In this document: piece after piece, positions 1-10,435 of the stretch
How positions within the stretch are numbered: position 1 is the stretch's first letter
How the letters are laid out: each line of letters starts with the position of its first letter
Source of the DNA: Tissierella praeacuta
GTDB taxonomy: Bacteria > Bacillota > Clostridia > Tissierellales > Tissierellaceae
DNA: 24,000 nucleotides
Reading direction: 5' to 3'
Assembly: GCF_040396155.1 (NCBI RefSeq)
Contig: NZ_JBEBOY010000001.1
Span: 243,208 to 267,207 of the forward strand
Position numbers and translations under genes: made by a program
Notes under the pieces: generated by a model
Databases searched by the model: none
What the model was told of the DNA's origin: nothing
The model's input: only the letters and a program-made list of their open reading frames with translations

Positions 1-1191
1 ATAGGTATAAAATTTTACTCCTGCTTGTAAGAGCTCTCCAATATAACTCATACTTGCCCAATACACAAATGGATGGTCTGGCTTACAAGGTATCATTACT
101 CTAACGTCCAGACCTGATAGTCCTGCAAGCTTCAATGCTTCAAATATACTATCATCAGGTATAAAATATGGAGTCTCAATATAAACTTTATCTCTTGCAT
201 TGGAAATCATCTTTAAATATCCATCTTTTATACTAGTCCATTTTGAATCTGGGCCAGAGGACACTATTTGTATTCCTGTATTACCTGAGTTTTCTTCTTC
301 TCCAATATATGTTTCGCATCTGGTTATTTCCTTACCTGTAGCAAATCTCCAGTCTAAGAAAAATCTCCATTGAAGCGAACTAATAGCAGAGCCTTTTATT
401 CTAATATGTGTATCTCTCCAGTATCCAAACTTCTTTGACAAACCAATATATTCATCCCCTACATTAAACCCACCTACAAATGCCTCTTTTCCATCTATTA
501 TACATATCTTTCTATGGTTTCTATAATTAATTCTAAGACTTATAAAAGGAACAAATGGCGGAAAAAATATTCCGATTTCTGCACCTGAAGCTTTAAGTCT
601 ATTAGCATATTTTTTTGAAAGGTTTCTGCCACCCATACCATCAACTAAAAGCTTTACTTCAACACCTTCTTTAGCTTTCTTGCATAGTGCTTCTATTATC
701 TTTATTCCAAGTCCATCGGATTTAAAAATGTAGTACTGAAGATGAATATAATCTTCTGCTCTTTCTATACTTTCCAATAATGCTTTAAACTTATCATTAC
801 CATCAAAAAATATTTCAACATCGTTATCTTGGGTAAAAAATGATTCTGAGCTAATTAAATGCATCTTTATTAAGTCTTCATATTTAACATAGTTAGGGTC
901 TTTATATCTATATTCATCTTTATCCATTTGCTTTTCCTGAATTGTTGCCATATCACGAAAGCAGTAGTCTTCCTGTTCTTTTGTTTTAAATAATTTTTTC
1001 TTACTTAAATCTTGCCCAATAAATAAATATAGAATAAAACCTATACCTGGTAAAAATGTTAAAACCATGAGCCATAACCATGTAGAAGTGGGATTTCTCC
1101 TTTCAAAAAATATAAGCAATATTGCAAATAAAATATTTAACCATAGTATATTTCTAAATATCCATATATAAGATGTCAATAGGAGCTCCAT
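1..1191 (-). CDS. cls: Cardiolipin synthase (phospholipase D / HKD family); partial, the 3' end runs off the window start
   Basis: Not in the supplied ORF track because it has no stop inside the window. Minus-strand ATG at 1189-1191 follows an AGAGGGA Shine-Dalgarno, with 397 in-frame codons down to position 1. Translation starts MELLLTSYIWIFRNILWLNILFAILLIFFERRNP (N-terminal TM helices) and contains the HKD motif NYRNHRKICIIDGKEAFVGGFN (about 481-540). Confidence 0.85.
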   Translation of the reverse strand, partial: MELLLTSYIWIFRNILWLNILFAILLIFFERRNPTSTWLWLMVLTFLPGIGFILYLFIGQDLSKKKLFKTKEQEDYCFRDMATIQEKQMDKDEYRYKDPNYVKYEDLIKMHLISSESFFTQDNDVEIFFDGNDKFKALLESIERAEDYIHLQYYIFKSDGLGIKIIEALCKKAKEGVEVKLLVDGMGGRNLSKKYANRLKASGAEIGIFFPPFVPFISLRINYRNHRKICIIDGKEAFVGGFNVGDEYIGLSKKFGYWRDTHIRIKGSAISSLQWRFFLDWRFATGKEITRCETYIGEEENSGNTGIQIVSSGPDSKWTSIKDGYLKMISNARDKVYIETPYFIPDDSIFEALKLAGLSGLDVRVMIPCKPDHPFVYWASMSYIGELLQAGVKFYTY

Positions 1192-1208
1192 AATATCCCT
1201 CTAAATTC

Positions 1209-3035
1209 TTAATTATTTTTCTTTGACTTATATCTCTTAGTACTATCAAGTATTTTCTTTCTTATCCTAAAGCTAAGTGGTGTTACTTCTATTAATTCAT
1301 CTTCTTCAATAAATTCCAAAGCTTCCTCCAATGACATTTCCTTAGGTGGAGAAAGTCTTAAAGCCTCATCTGATCCAGAAGCTCTAACATTAGATTGTTG
1401 TTTTTTTCTACATACATTTACATCTATATCCAATCCTTTTGGATTAGCACCTACTATCATGCCAGTATATACAGGCACTCCAGGTCCTATAAATAATATT
1501 CCTCTTTCTTGGGCAGAGTGAAGTCCATATGCAGAAGATTCTCCTGTTTCAAAAGAAATAAGAGAGCCTAGCTTCCTCTTAGGAATTTCACCTTTATATA
1601 TGGCATAACTATCAAATATGGAGTTAAGTATTCCATTTCCTTTAGTATCTGTCATAAATTCCTGTCTATAACCTATAAGGCCTCTAGCAGGTATAATGAA
1701 TTCTAATCTTGCATATCCTCCATTGGATTCAGTCATACTAACTAGTTCTCCTTTTCTCTGACCTAGCTTTTCTATAACTGCACCTACGAATTCATTAGAT
1801 ACATCAATAGTAACCCTCTCCATTGGTTCCATCTTTTTACCATTTTCCTCTTTAAAAAGTACTTCTGGTTTAGATACTTGAAACTCATATCCTTCTCTTC
1901 TCATATTTTCAATTAAAACAGATAAATGTAATTCTCCCCTACCAGATACTTTAAAGGAATCTGTAGATTCAGTTTCTTCAACCCTAAGACTTACATCTGT
2001 CTGTAGTTCTTTAAATAACCTATTTCTTACTTGTCTTGAAGTTATAAATTTACCTTCTTTTCCTGCAAAAGGACTGTTATTTACAGAAAATGTCATAGAA
2101 ATAGTTGGCTCTGATATTTTCACAAATGGTAAAGCTTCCGGATGTTCAACATCGCATATAGTATCTCCTATATGAATATCTTCTACGCCTGTTACCGCAA
2201 TAATACTTCCTACTGTAGCAGTATCTACTTCTATTCTATTTAATCCCTCAAATTCATATACCTTAGCTATCTTTACTTTTTTCTGCTTTTCTGGATCTTC
2301 TTTGTTTACTATAATTACTTCCTGATTAGCAGATATCTTACCTCTCTCTATTTTTCCAATACCTATTCTACCAACATATTCATTATAATCTATGGTAGAT
2401 ATAAGTATTTGAAGTGGTCCTTCTTCATCTCCTACTGGAGCTGGTATATTATTTATTATAGTCTCAAATAATATATCCATGTCTTTTCCTTCATCTTCAA
2501 ACTCTAAAGTGGCTATTCCCTTCTTTGCTGAAGCATAAACAAATGGACAGTCTAAATTATTTTCGTTAGCTCCTAATTCAATAAATAAATCTAATACTTC
2601 ATCAATTACTTCGTTTGGTCTTGCTTCTGGCCTATCAATTTTATTGATACATACTATAACTGGTAGATCTAATTCAAATGCCTTTTTCAAAACAAATTTT
2701 GTCTGTGGCATTGGTCCTTCAAATGCATCTACTACTAATATTACACCATTTACCATTTTAAGCACACGCTCTACTTCTCCCCCAAAATCAGCATGCCCTG
2801 GGGTATCTATAATATTAATCTTAACATCTTTATAGTGTATAGCTGTGTTTTTAGCTAATATTGTAATACCTCTTTCCTTTTCTATATCATTGGAGTCCAT
2901 TACTCTATCCTGCACTACTTGATTGTCTCTAAAGACTCCTGATTGCTTTAATAGGCTGTCAACTAAAGTTGTCTTTCCATGGTCTACATGGGCTATTATT
3001 GCAATATTCCTTATATTATCTCTTGTGCTCTCCAT
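1209..3035 (-). CDS. typA: Translational GTPase TypA/BipA
   Basis: GTPase motifs AHVDHGKTT, DTPGHADF and NKIDR, with EF-G-like domain order. The track ORF extends to 3089. The ATG at 3035 (MESTRDNIRNIAIIAHVDHGKT) has an AAGGA SD 8 nt upstream and gives the usual N-terminus, so the 18-codon extension is rejected. Confidence 0.95.
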   Translation of the reverse strand: MESTRDNIRNIAIIAHVDHGKTTLVDSLLKQSGVFRDNQVVQDRVMDSNDIEKERGITILAKNTAIHYKDVKINIIDTPGHADFGGEVERVLKMVNGVILVVDAFEGPMPQTKFVLKKAFELDLPVIVCINKIDRPEARPNEVIDEVLDLFIELGANENNLDCPFVYASAKKGIATLEFEDEGKDMDILFETIINNIPAPVGDEEGPLQILISTIDYNEYVGRIGIGKIERGKISANQEVIIVNKEDPEKQKKVKIAKVYEFEGLNRIEVDTATVGSIIAVTGVEDIHIGDTICDVEHPEALPFVKISEPTISMTFSVNNSPFAGKEGKFITSRQVRNRLFKELQTDVSLRVEETESTDSFKVSGRGELHLSVLIENMRREGYEFQVSKPEVLFKEENGKKMEPMERVTIDVSNEFVGAVIEKLGQRKGELVSMTESNGGYARLEFIIPARGLIGYRQEFMTDTKGNGILNSIFDSYAIYKGEIPKRKLGSLISFETGESSAYGLHSAQERGILFIGPGVPVYTGMIVGANPKGLDIDVNVCRKKQQSNVRASGSDEALRLSPPKEMSLEEALEFIEEDELIEVTPLSFRIRKKILDSTKRYKSKKNN

Positions 3036-3136
3036 AAAACATATCCTTTCGTATTTAAAATCATTATATATATCTTTAACAAAATTCATTTTACCATACT
3101 TTAATAATAAATCAAAATATAATATTAGACTTTATA

Positions 3137-3171
3137 TAAAAAATCAGGCCTAAATACTTAAGACCTGATTT
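3137..3171 (-). terminator. Rho-independent terminator after the SLH/PepSY protein gene
   Basis: Stem AAATCAGG (3141-3148) pairs with CCTGATTT (3164-3171). On the minus strand it is followed by a T-run (A-run 3137-3142 on plus). It lies just downstream of the stop at 3180. Confidence 0.6.
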
Positions 3172-3179
3172 CATACTGC

Positions 3180-5276
3180 TTATTGATTGAAGATATAATT
3201 ATAAATCATATTTGCTGCATCTTCTCTGCCTAGCTCATACTTCGGTCTAATATTACCTTCTTTATCTCCTGATACTATCTTTAATCCATATGCAATATTC
3301 ATATATCCATTTAAACCCTTTGATATATCTTTATCATCTTTAAATATATCTTTATATATTCCTTCTATTTCAGCTACTTTATCTAGCTTCATTACCCTAA
3401 GAATATGTTTAACCGCTTCTTCCTTCGTAACAACCTTATTTGGATTTTTCTCTGCTTCTTTCATATATCCTGATGATATTAATTCTTTATATATATCATC
3501 TTCACTTACCTCGTCTTTTCTATATTGATTCATAGACTTCCAAAGTAAATGTAGAAAGTCTTTCTGTTTTATTTTATCCTTAGGTTTAAATTCTTCTCCT
3601 TTGAAACCAATTCCATATTCAGCTAAAGTTATTATCTTATTTTTAGCATAGGAATTCTCTATATCCTTATATGATATTGGCTTTATTTCTTTATATGGCT
3701 GACCTGAATAATCTAGTATTTCTCCTGTCGTACCAGAAATTATTATAGGTTTATCTTGATTTGTCATATACACTAATTTCATTTCATAATCTCTGCCTTG
3801 TGATTTAGTATAATCATAGGTTTTCACATACATTAACTCTAAACCAATTTTATCCCATAATATTTCATAAGCCTTATCAGATGAAATCAACTTATAATCT
3901 GATGGAAGTTCACCTTTAAACCAATCTATTCTATAATTATTTACATCTCCAGTAACTCCATCTACTCCTATATAAATTCCATCATTCTCAACGTAAGTAT
4001 TCCCTACCTTCCTAATAAATCGGAAATTATAGTTTAACATATTATCTTCTGAATATTGGTCTTCCATTAACTCTATTTCACTTATTTTATTTGGCTGCAT
4101 TGTTTTGATATATTCTCTTGCTATATCTAAAGCTTTATCCTTAGATGTTTTTGATTTAGCATCTGATCCATGTTCTAAATTTTTATTAAAATTTAACAAT
4201 TCTCCTGTCTTAGCATCTAAACCTACATTTATATATGAAGATTTATCCTTTGAGATTTCTTTTTGAAAATCTATATTCCAAATATATTCACCTGGATTTC
4301 TAAAATTATTGTAAAGGTCCTTGCGAATCATCTTATAGTCTAAATCTATATTTAATGTTTCCCTTGCCTTTTTTTCTACTAAATTTTCCTCTAGTAAACC
4401 AGAAAGTTTATCTACAGATTCTTGTTCCACTGGGGTAAGTCCAACATCATTTGCACTATTTTGATTTGTGCTTTCACGCACTCCATAATAAGGACCATAA
4501 CTGTTTATGCCTACTTTTTTACCTGTATATGCATCTATCCCTTTATTTGATTCAAATACTGAATAGGCTAAATAGTAATTGGTATTTTCTCCCGCTTTAA
4601 TAATATATCGACTGCTAGTCTTATACATTGGTTTTATGCCAATTTCAGTCTTATAAGCTTCCTTTCCTTTTTCTAAACTTAATACCTTATTCGGTGAAGG
4701 AAAAGTAGCTTTTCTATCCCAATTAGCATAGTAATGCTCAATGTCTCCAGTATATTTATTTATAGATATACTAACGGAATCTTGGGGAAATTGTATCCCA
4801 TTTACAAAACGTATAAAATTAAAACGATATACTGTATCCATAGTATTTTCTGAATATTTATCTGGAATCAATTTAATTGCATTTGCAATATTTGAATCCA
4901 TTTTGTTTATGAAATTCATGGCTAATTTTTGTGCTTCATCTTTTGTATATTTAGGTAATTTAGAACTTTGCTCTTTATTTATTGGCGAATAGCTGTCATA
5001 AGAAATAATATTACCATCTATATCTGCATGAACATTAATATTATTTAACTTCTCATTGGAATCTGCCCAGTTTAAATATATATCCATATTTCCGTCATAT
5101 GAACTTATATCAGATGTAAATTTATCATATTTGTCTGAGATATTGAGAAGTTTTTTGACTTTAACTACAACCTCTTCCATCTTTTTATCATAGTTATTTT
5201 CTCCATATGCCCTAATAGGTACTACCCCTCCAATAAACATCATAGCAGCTAGTAAGATTATTGATATCTTTTTCAT
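3180..5276 (-). CDS. Secreted cell-wall-associated protein: signal peptide, repeated PepSY/YcdB-YcdC-like modules, two C-terminal SLH-like domains
   Basis: N-terminal signal peptide MKKISIILLAAMMFIGGVVPIRAYG. AGGAGGTG SD at 5281-5288. Recurring '...G..v.vd..TGe/dv..y' modules (INKYTGDIEHYY, GVDGVTGDVNNYRIDW, LDAKTGELLNFN, ISGTTGEILDY). C-terminus matches the SLH pattern twice (YKDIENSYAKNKIITLAEYGIGFKGEEFKPKDKIKQKDF and DISKGLNGYMNIAYGLKIVSGDKEGNIRPKYELGREDAANMIYN). Domain names come from motif recognition only. Confidence 0.6.
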   Translation of the reverse strand: MKKISIILLAAMMFIGGVVPIRAYGENNYDKKMEEVVVKVKKLLNISDKYDKFTSDISSYDGNMDIYLNWADSNEKLNNINVHADIDGNIISYDSYSPINKEQSSKLPKYTKDEAQKLAMNFINKMDSNIANAIKLIPDKYSENTMDTVYRFNFIRFVNGIQFPQDSVSISINKYTGDIEHYYANWDRKATFPSPNKVLSLEKGKEAYKTEIGIKPMYKTSSRYIIKAGENTNYYLAYSVFESNKGIDAYTGKKVGINSYGPYYGVRESTNQNSANDVGLTPVEQESVDKLSGLLEENLVEKKARETLNIDLDYKMIRKDLYNNFRNPGEYIWNIDFQKEISKDKSSYINVGLDAKTGELLNFNKNLEHGSDAKSKTSKDKALDIAREYIKTMQPNKISEIELMEDQYSEDNMLNYNFRFIRKVGNTYVENDGIYIGVDGVTGDVNNYRIDWFKGELPSDYKLISSDKAYEILWDKIGLELMYVKTYDYTKSQGRDYEMKLVYMTNQDKPIIISGTTGEILDYSGQPYKEIKPISYKDIENSYAKNKIITLAEYGIGFKGEEFKPKDKIKQKDFLHLLWKSMNQYRKDEVSEDDIYKELISSGYMKEAEKNPNKVVTKEEAVKHILRVMKLDKVAEIEGIYKDIFKDDKDISKGLNGYMNIAYGLKIVSGDKEGNIRPKYELGREDAANMIYNYIFNQ

Positions 5277-5287
5277 AACTACACCTC

Positions 5288-5692
5288 CTAATTTATATGT
5301 TTTATCGCAGTAACCTTATTTTTCTGTATATAAAATTCATCAGAAAGTCCATTAACAATAACCAATCCTCGCCCACAGCATTTTAAATCACTAGGATCAT
5401 AGGATTCTAAATCGTAATCTATACCGCTTCCTTCATCTTCTACCTGAATGATCAGTGTATCTTCTTTTACTTCTAATGATAGTTTGACACATTTGGATGT
5501 AATACAGTCATTTCCATGTAAAACACCATTGATAACTAACTCATTGAGTATTAGTCTTATATCAAACATTGTATCACTGTTTTCTATTATATTATTTAGT
5601 TTTTTGAGAACATCATCCACAAAGTTTTTTATCATATCTAAATCAGAACAAACTATTCCACTGTACCTAAAATCCAATGCCATCACTTCCAT
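5288..5692 (-). CDS. Small GHKL-ATPase, anti-sigma-factor-like Ser/Thr kinase (SpoIIAB-like fold)
   Basis: 134 aa with an N-box-like NELVINGVLHG, a G1-like EDEGSGID and a G2-like GRGLVIVNGLSDEF. Its TAG stop (5288-5290) lies inside the SD of the downstream 698-aa gene, so the two are co-transcribed and coupled. The real start could be the second ATG (MALDF...). Confidence 0.6.
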   Translation of the reverse strand: MEVMALDFRYSGIVCSDLDMIKNFVDDVLKKLNNIIENSDTMFDIRLILNELVINGVLHGNDCITSKCVKLSLEVKEDTLIIQVEDEGSGIDYDLESYDPSDLKCCGRGLVIVNGLSDEFYIQKNKVTAIKHIN

Positions 5693-5797
5693 CTAATTAT
5701 ATTATTATATTCGTATATTTTTATTTTACCCATTTTTTTCCCGATATAACCTATTTGTGTTCTCAGCAGAAATAAATTTTAATGAAACTATTTTTAT

Positions 5798-5812
5798 AGT
5801 TTATTATAAACT
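5798..5812. promoter_or_regulatory. Perfect 7-1-7 palindrome AGTTTAT-T-ATAAACT in the divergent intergenic region upstream of rubredoxin; candidate Fur-family (PerR-like) operator
   Basis: Read directly; the reverse complement is identical except for the central base. It lies 47-61 nt upstream of the rubredoxin ATG. The 7-1-7 AT-rich inverted repeat is the Fur/PerR operator architecture, but the regulator is not identified. Confidence 0.3.
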
Positions 5813-5858
5813 TTTCTGGGTATCATCTATATGATTACAAAATGAAAGGAGAATGTAA

Positions 5859-6017
5859 ATGGATAGATATGTATGCGACCCATGTGGCTATGTATATGAC
5901 CCAGCAGAAGGAGACCCAGATAATGGAATAGCTCCTGGAACAGCTTGGGAAGATATTCCTGCTGATTGGGTTTGTCCAGTTTGCGGTGCTGATAAGGACC
6001 AATTTTCAAAAGAATAA
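5859..6017 (+). CDS. Rubredoxin (52 aa)
   Basis: Missed by the ORF track (<60 aa). AAAGGAGA SD at 5845-5852, ATG at 5859, TAA at 6015-6017. Translation is [52 protein letters not shown], with the two rubredoxin CxxCG / CPxCG iron-binding knuckles. Terminator hairpins follow. Confidence 0.92.
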   Translation: MDRYVCDPCGYVYDPAEGDPDNGIAPGTAWEDIPADWVCPVCGADKDQFSKE

Positions 6018-6047
6018 TCGGAACGACTGCTTTGCCGTTCCCTACAT

Positions 6048-6079
6048 AAAAACCAGTAGTCCAAAGGATACTGGTTTTT
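6048..6079. terminator. Bidirectional intrinsic terminator between convergent rubredoxin (+) and engB (-)
   Basis: 11-bp stem AAAAACCAGTA (6048-6058) pairs with TACTGGTTTTT (6069-6079), with T-runs on both strands. A second smaller hairpin GGAACG/CGTTCC lies at 6020-6041, and GAATGAT/ATCATTC lies at 6121-6140. Confidence 0.7.
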
Positions 6080-6140
6080 ATTCTATGACTGAACTCACAG
6101 TGGCTGGACATCTCTTATAGGAATGATTTTTACATCATTC

Positions 6141-6728
6141 CTAAATTAATCTTTCTTCAAGTTTCTCCCAAACCTTATCCTTATTTATCTTCTTTTCTGA
6201 TGAATAAGGCATAATAAGATTTGCATCCTTTATCTCTAGTTTATCCTTTATTATCTTTATATGTTTCTGCCAATTTCCCTTTGATATCTTGTCTGCCTTA
6301 GTGGCTATAACTATACCAGTATATCCAAAGGATTTGATCCATTGATACATCATTAAGTCTTGTTCTGTTGGCTCATGTCTTATATCTACAATTAATATAA
6401 CTTCCCTTAAATTTTTTCTATCTACAAGATACTTTTCTATTATATGTCCCCATTTTTCTTTTTCCGATTTAGAAGCTATAGCATATCCATATCCAGGTAA
6501 ATCTACAAATCTAAAACTATCATTAATAATATAGAAATTAATTGTCCTTGTTTTCCCTGGTTTGCCAGAAGTCCTAGCTAAGTTTGTTCTATTAATCATA
6601 GAGTTTATGAAAGATGACTTTCCTACATTAGATCTCCCAGCAAAAGCTATTTCTGGAAGCTCATCTTGGGGATATTGCTTTGGTCCTACTGCAATGGCAT
6701 GTAAATCTGATTTAATTATTTTCATCAT
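6141..6728 (-). CDS. engB: Ribosome-biogenesis GTPase EngB/YsxC
   Basis: G1 [10 protein letters not shown]3 DLPGYG, G4 TKADK. Conserved position downstream of lon. The likely start is ATG 6728 (MMKIIKSD), which has an AAGGA SD 6 nt upstream and overlaps the lon 3' end. The track start at 6752 is rejected. Confidence 0.9.
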   Translation of the reverse strand: MMKIIKSDLHAIAVGPKQYPQDELPEIAFAGRSNVGKSSFINSMINRTNLARTSGKPGKTRTINFYIINDSFRFVDLPGYGYAIASKSEKEKWGHIIEKYLVDRKNLREVILIVDIRHEPTEQDLMMYQWIKSFGYTGIVIATKADKISKGNWQKHIKIIKDKLEIKDANLIMPYSSEKKINKDKVWEKLEERLI

Positions 6729-9066
6729 TATCAATCCTTTTAAGTAATGCATGTTCCAATACTTCTTCCATAGACTTCACTGGAACAAAAGTCATTTTCT
6801 TTCTTATCTTATCAGGAATTTCTTCTAAATCCCTTTCATTTTCAATAGGCAGTAATACTTTCTTAATTCCCATCCTATTTGCTGCTAATACCTTTTCTTT
6901 AACTCCTCCTATTGGTAAGACTCTACCTCTTAATGTTATTTCTCCTGTCATAGCCACTTCTCTCCTAATTGGAGTATTAGACAATGCAGAAATAACGGCT
7001 GTGGCCATGGTAATACCTGCAGATGGACCATCCTTTGGTATAGCTCCCTCTGGTACGTGAATATGAATATCCATATTTTTATAAAAATCAGGTTCTATAC
7101 CTAATATATTAGAATTAGCTCTAATATAACTAATAGCTGCCATAGCAGACTCCTTCATTACTTCTCCTAGTTTACCAGTTAATTGAATTTTGCCTGTTCC
7201 ATTCATTGTATTAACCTCTATTGAAAGAGTCTCTCCACCTACCGATGTCCAAGCTAAACCATTAGCCACACCAATTTGATTTTCTTCATCTAATGTATCA
7301 AATCTATACTTTTCAATTCCTAAATAATTTGATAGATTTCCAGCATTTATTCTCACAGTTTTTAGATTTTTTTCTACTATCTTTTTAGCTGCTTTTCTAC
7401 ATACATTGGCTATATTTCTTTCTAAGCTTCTTACTCCTGCTTCCCTAGTATAATTATTTATTATACTTCTTATGGCTACTTCAGATATTAGTAAATTATC
7501 TTTATTTAATCCATGCTCTTTTAATTGCTTTGGCAGCAAATAATTCATGGCTATTTGTAATTTCTCTTCCTCTGTATATCCTGATATCCTAATGACTTCC
7601 ATTCTATCTAAAAGTGGTGATGGTATTGTTGCAGTTGTATTTGCAGTAGTTACAAATAATACTTTAGATAAATCAAAGGGTATATCTAAATAATGATCAG
7701 TAAAAGTAGTATTTTGTTCTGGATCTAATACCTCTAACAACGCACTGGAAGGGTCGCCTTTATAGTCACTACTTAACTTGTCAACCTCATCAAATAAAAA
7801 TACTGGGTTTTTAGTTCCTGCCTTTTTCATAGAATTAATTATATTTCCTGGCATAGAACCTATATAGGTTCTCCTATGACCTCTTATCTCAGCTTCATCT
7901 CGTACTCCTCCCAATGACATTCTAACAAATTTTCTGTTAAGAGATTTAGCAATAGATTTAGCTATTGATGTTTTTCCAACCCCTGGAGGTCCCACTAAAC
8001 AAATTATAGGTCCTTTCATGCTATTAGTTAATTTTCTTATGGCTATGAACTCTAATATTCTTTCTTTTACATCAATTAGTCCATAGTGATCTTCATTAAG
8101 TATATCTCTTGACTTTTTTATATCTATTCTGTCTTTTGTTTCTTTATCCCAAGGCAAATCTATAATCCAATCTAAATAAGTTCTAACAACTCCAATTTCT
8201 GGAGAATGAGGTGATAGTTTTAGAAGTCTTTCCACTTCTTTTAATGCCTTTTCTTTTACTTCTTTTGGCATTTTTATCTTTTTTATCTTTTCTTCATACT
8301 CTTCCGCCTCTGCCACAACATCATCATCTTGTCCTAGTTCTTTCTGTATTGCCTTTATTTGTTCCTTAAGATAATATTCTTTTTGAACTTTGTTTATTTG
8401 TTTCTTCACTCTTTGATTTATTTTATCTTCAATTTTTAATACTTCTATTTCTTCTTGTAATATTATATGAAGTAATTCCAATCTCTCATAAAAATCATAT
8501 GTTTCAAGTACTTTTTGGTTATCTTCCACTTTTAAATATATATATGATGCTATAACATCTGCTAATCTACCTGGGTCTTCTATATCCATTATTGTAACTA
8601 ATGCATCAGAAGAAAGCCTATCATTAAAAGAAAGATATTCTTCAAAATCATTTATTACAAGTCTCATAGCTGCTTCTAAATCTATATCCTTTTCTATATC
8701 CTCTTCCTCGTATAATAGTTCTTCAACATCTGCTATGAAAAATGGATCTTCTTGAACCATATTAGTTACTCTACCTCTATTTATACCTTCAACTAAAACT
8801 CTAATACTTCCACCAGGTAATTTTAACATTTGCTTAACCTTAACAACAGTTCCCATATGATAAAAATCTTCTGTAGTTGGCTCATTCATCTTTGTATCCT
8901 TTTGAGTACATAAAAAGATGGATGAATCATCTAACATAGCCTTTTCTAAGGCATTAATAGATTTTTCCCTCCCAACGTCAAAATGAATAACCATATGAGG
9001 AAATATTGATATTCCTCTTAAAGGTATTAATGGCAGGGTTCTGTTTTGTGTTTTATACTGGTTCAT
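6712..9066 (-). CDS. lon: ATP-dependent Lon protease (LonA type)
   Basis: 784 aa. N-terminal LON substrate-binding domain, Walker [10 protein letters not shown], proteolytic Ser motif PKDGPSAG. Confidence 0.96.
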   Translation of the reverse strand: MNQYKTQNRTLPLIPLRGISIFPHMVIHFDVGREKSINALEKAMLDDSSIFLCTQKDTKMNEPTTEDFYHMGTVVKVKQMLKLPGGSIRVLVEGINRGRVTNMVQEDPFFIADVEELLYEEEDIEKDIDLEAAMRLVINDFEEYLSFNDRLSSDALVTIMDIEDPGRLADVIASYIYLKVEDNQKVLETYDFYERLELLHIILQEEIEVLKIEDKINQRVKKQINKVQKEYYLKEQIKAIQKELGQDDDVVAEAEEYEEKIKKIKMPKEVKEKALKEVERLLKLSPHSPEIGVVRTYLDWIIDLPWDKETKDRIDIKKSRDILNEDHYGLIDVKERILEFIAIRKLTNSMKGPIICLVGPPGVGKTSIAKSIAKSLNRKFVRMSLGGVRDEAEIRGHRRTYIGSMPGNIINSMKKAGTKNPVFLFDEVDKLSSDYKGDPSSALLEVLDPEQNTTFTDHYLDIPFDLSKVLFVTTANTTATIPSPLLDRMEVIRISGYTEEEKLQIAMNYLLPKQLKEHGLNKDNLLISEVAIRSIINNYTREAGVRSLERNIANVCRKAAKKIVEKNLKTVRINAGNLSNYLGIEKYRFDTLDEENQIGVANGLAWTSVGGETLSIEVNTMNGTGKIQLTGKLGEVMKESAMAAISYIRANSNILGIEPDFYKNMDIHIHVPEGAIPKDGPSAGITMATAVISALSNTPIRREVAMTGEITLRGRVLPIGGVKEKVLAANRMGIKKVLLPIENERDLEEIPDKIRKKMTFVPVKSMEEVLEHALLKRIDNDENN

Positions 9067-9136
9067 TCTTCTTTATCCTCCCGCTATTGCACAATTTTAT
9101 CCCTAAATACAAGTAAAAGCCCACAAATGTGAGCCT

Positions 9137-10417
9137 TTAAGATGCAGATTCGTTGTTGCTTGTTTTCGTAGACCTACTTTTCTTTTTTCTATCTGATAGT
9201 ACCAACGTAGGCTCTACCTTGTTTTCTATTGTTTCTTTAGTTATAACACATTTTTCTATATCATCCCTTGAAGGTATCTCATACATAATATCTAACATAG
9301 TCTCTTCTATTATGCTTCTAAGTCCTCTTGCCCCAGTCTTTCTTTCAATTGCTTTCTTAGCTATGGCAAGAAGTGCCTCATCTTCAAATTCAAGCTCTAC
9401 TCCATCTATTGTAAACAACTCTTTATATTGTTTTACAAGAGCATTTTTTGGCTCTGTAAGAATCTTAACTAATGTTTCTTCGTCTAATTCTTCTAAAGTA
9501 ACTATAACGGGTAACCTTCCCACAAATTCTGGAATTAAACCAAATTTAAGTAGGTCTTCAGGTTGTAATTGAGTCAATAATTCACCTATTTTAGCCTCTT
9601 TTTGAGATGATATTTCTGCTCCAAATCCCATAGATTTTTTACCTACACGATTTTGGATTATTTTATCCAATCCATCAAATGCACCACCAACTATAAACAA
9701 TATATTAGTTGTATCTACTTGAATAAACTCTTGATGTGGATGTTTTCTTCCACCTTGAGGTGGAACATTAGCAACAGTACCTTCTAATATTTTAAGTAAT
9801 GCCTGCTGCACACCTTCACCACTAACATCTCTTGTAATAGAAGGATTTTCTGTCTTTCTAGCTACTTTATCTATTTCATCTATATAGATTATACCTTTTT
9901 CAGCTCTCTCAATATCATAATCTGCTGCTTGAATAAGTTTTAATATTATATTTTCAACATCTTCACCAACATATCCAGCTTCTGTCAAAGAAGTGGCATC
10001 TGCTATAGCAAATGGTACATTTAGTATTTTTGCTAAAGTTTGAGCAAGTAATGTTTTACCCGAACCTGTAGGTCCTAGCATAACAATATTACTTTTTTGC
10101 AGCTCTATATCATTGTGTTTTGTTGGTTTTTTATTTATTCTTTTGTAATGATTATAAACTGCTACAGCTAAAGCTCTTTTAGCCCTATCTTGTTTTATAA
10201 CGTAATCATCTAGAGTTTCTTTTATAACAACAGGTTTTGGTAATTCCTGCATATCATAATCAAAATTATCAACAAATTCTTCTTCAACTATTTCTTGACA
10301 TAACTCTATACATTCATTACATATATAAACATTAGGTCCTGCAATAAGCCTCCTAACTTGTTCCTGTGGCTTTCCACAAAAAGAGCAACGAAGCTGTCTT
10401 TCATCATATTTAGCCAC
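9137..10417 (-). CDS. clpX: ATP-dependent Clp protease ATP-binding subunit ClpX
   Basis: N-terminal zinc ribbon CSFCGKPQ...YICNEC, Walker [12 protein letters not shown], full-length 426 aa. Confidence 0.97.
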   Translation of the reverse strand: MAKYDERQLRCSFCGKPQEQVRRLIAGPNVYICNECIELCQEIVEEEFVDNFDYDMQELPKPVVIKETLDDYVIKQDRAKRALAVAVYNHYKRINKKPTKHNDIELQKSNIVMLGPTGSGKTLLAQTLAKILNVPFAIADATSLTEAGYVGEDVENIILKLIQAADYDIERAEKGIIYIDEIDKVARKTENPSITRDVSGEGVQQALLKILEGTVANVPPQGGRKHPHQEFIQVDTTNILFIVGGAFDGLDKIIQNRVGKKSMGFGAEISSQKEAKIGELLTQLQPEDLLKFGLIPEFVGRLPVIVTLEELDEETLVKILTEPKNALVKQYKELFTIDGVELEFEDEALLAIAKKAIERKTGARGLRSIIEETMLDIMYEIPSRDDIEKCVITKETIENKVEPTLVLSDRKKKSRSTKTSNNESAS

Positions 10418-10435
10418 GATGACACCTCACTTAAT

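Noticed and set aside
3036-3089. N-terminal extensions in the track ORFs
   Set aside because: The extensions are typA to 3089, engB to 6752, clpP to 11032, glmM to 14874, the lipoprotein to 18006 and fabF to 23755. In each case an internal start has a properly spaced SD and gives the family-typical N-terminus. The extended starts overlap the SD itself or an upstream hairpin.
2644-3153. Plus-strand ORFs 2644-2835 and 2923-3153 (63 and 76 aa)
   Set aside because: They are antisense to typA. Their Ser/Phe/Leu/Ile-rich low-complexity translations are typical of the reverse frame of AT-rich genes, and they lack an SD.
5827-6111. 94-aa minus-strand ORF from the track
   Set aside because: It is antisense to a textbook rubredoxin gene and runs through two terminator hairpins. 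It has no SD and its translation has no recognisable features. It is an artefact of the real + strand gene.
9067-9136. Possible terminator hairpin between clpX and lon (GCCCAC...GTGAGC)
   Set aside because: The stem has a mismatch and a bulge, and the T-tract is weak. It could be a partial attenuator but is not strong enough to annotate.
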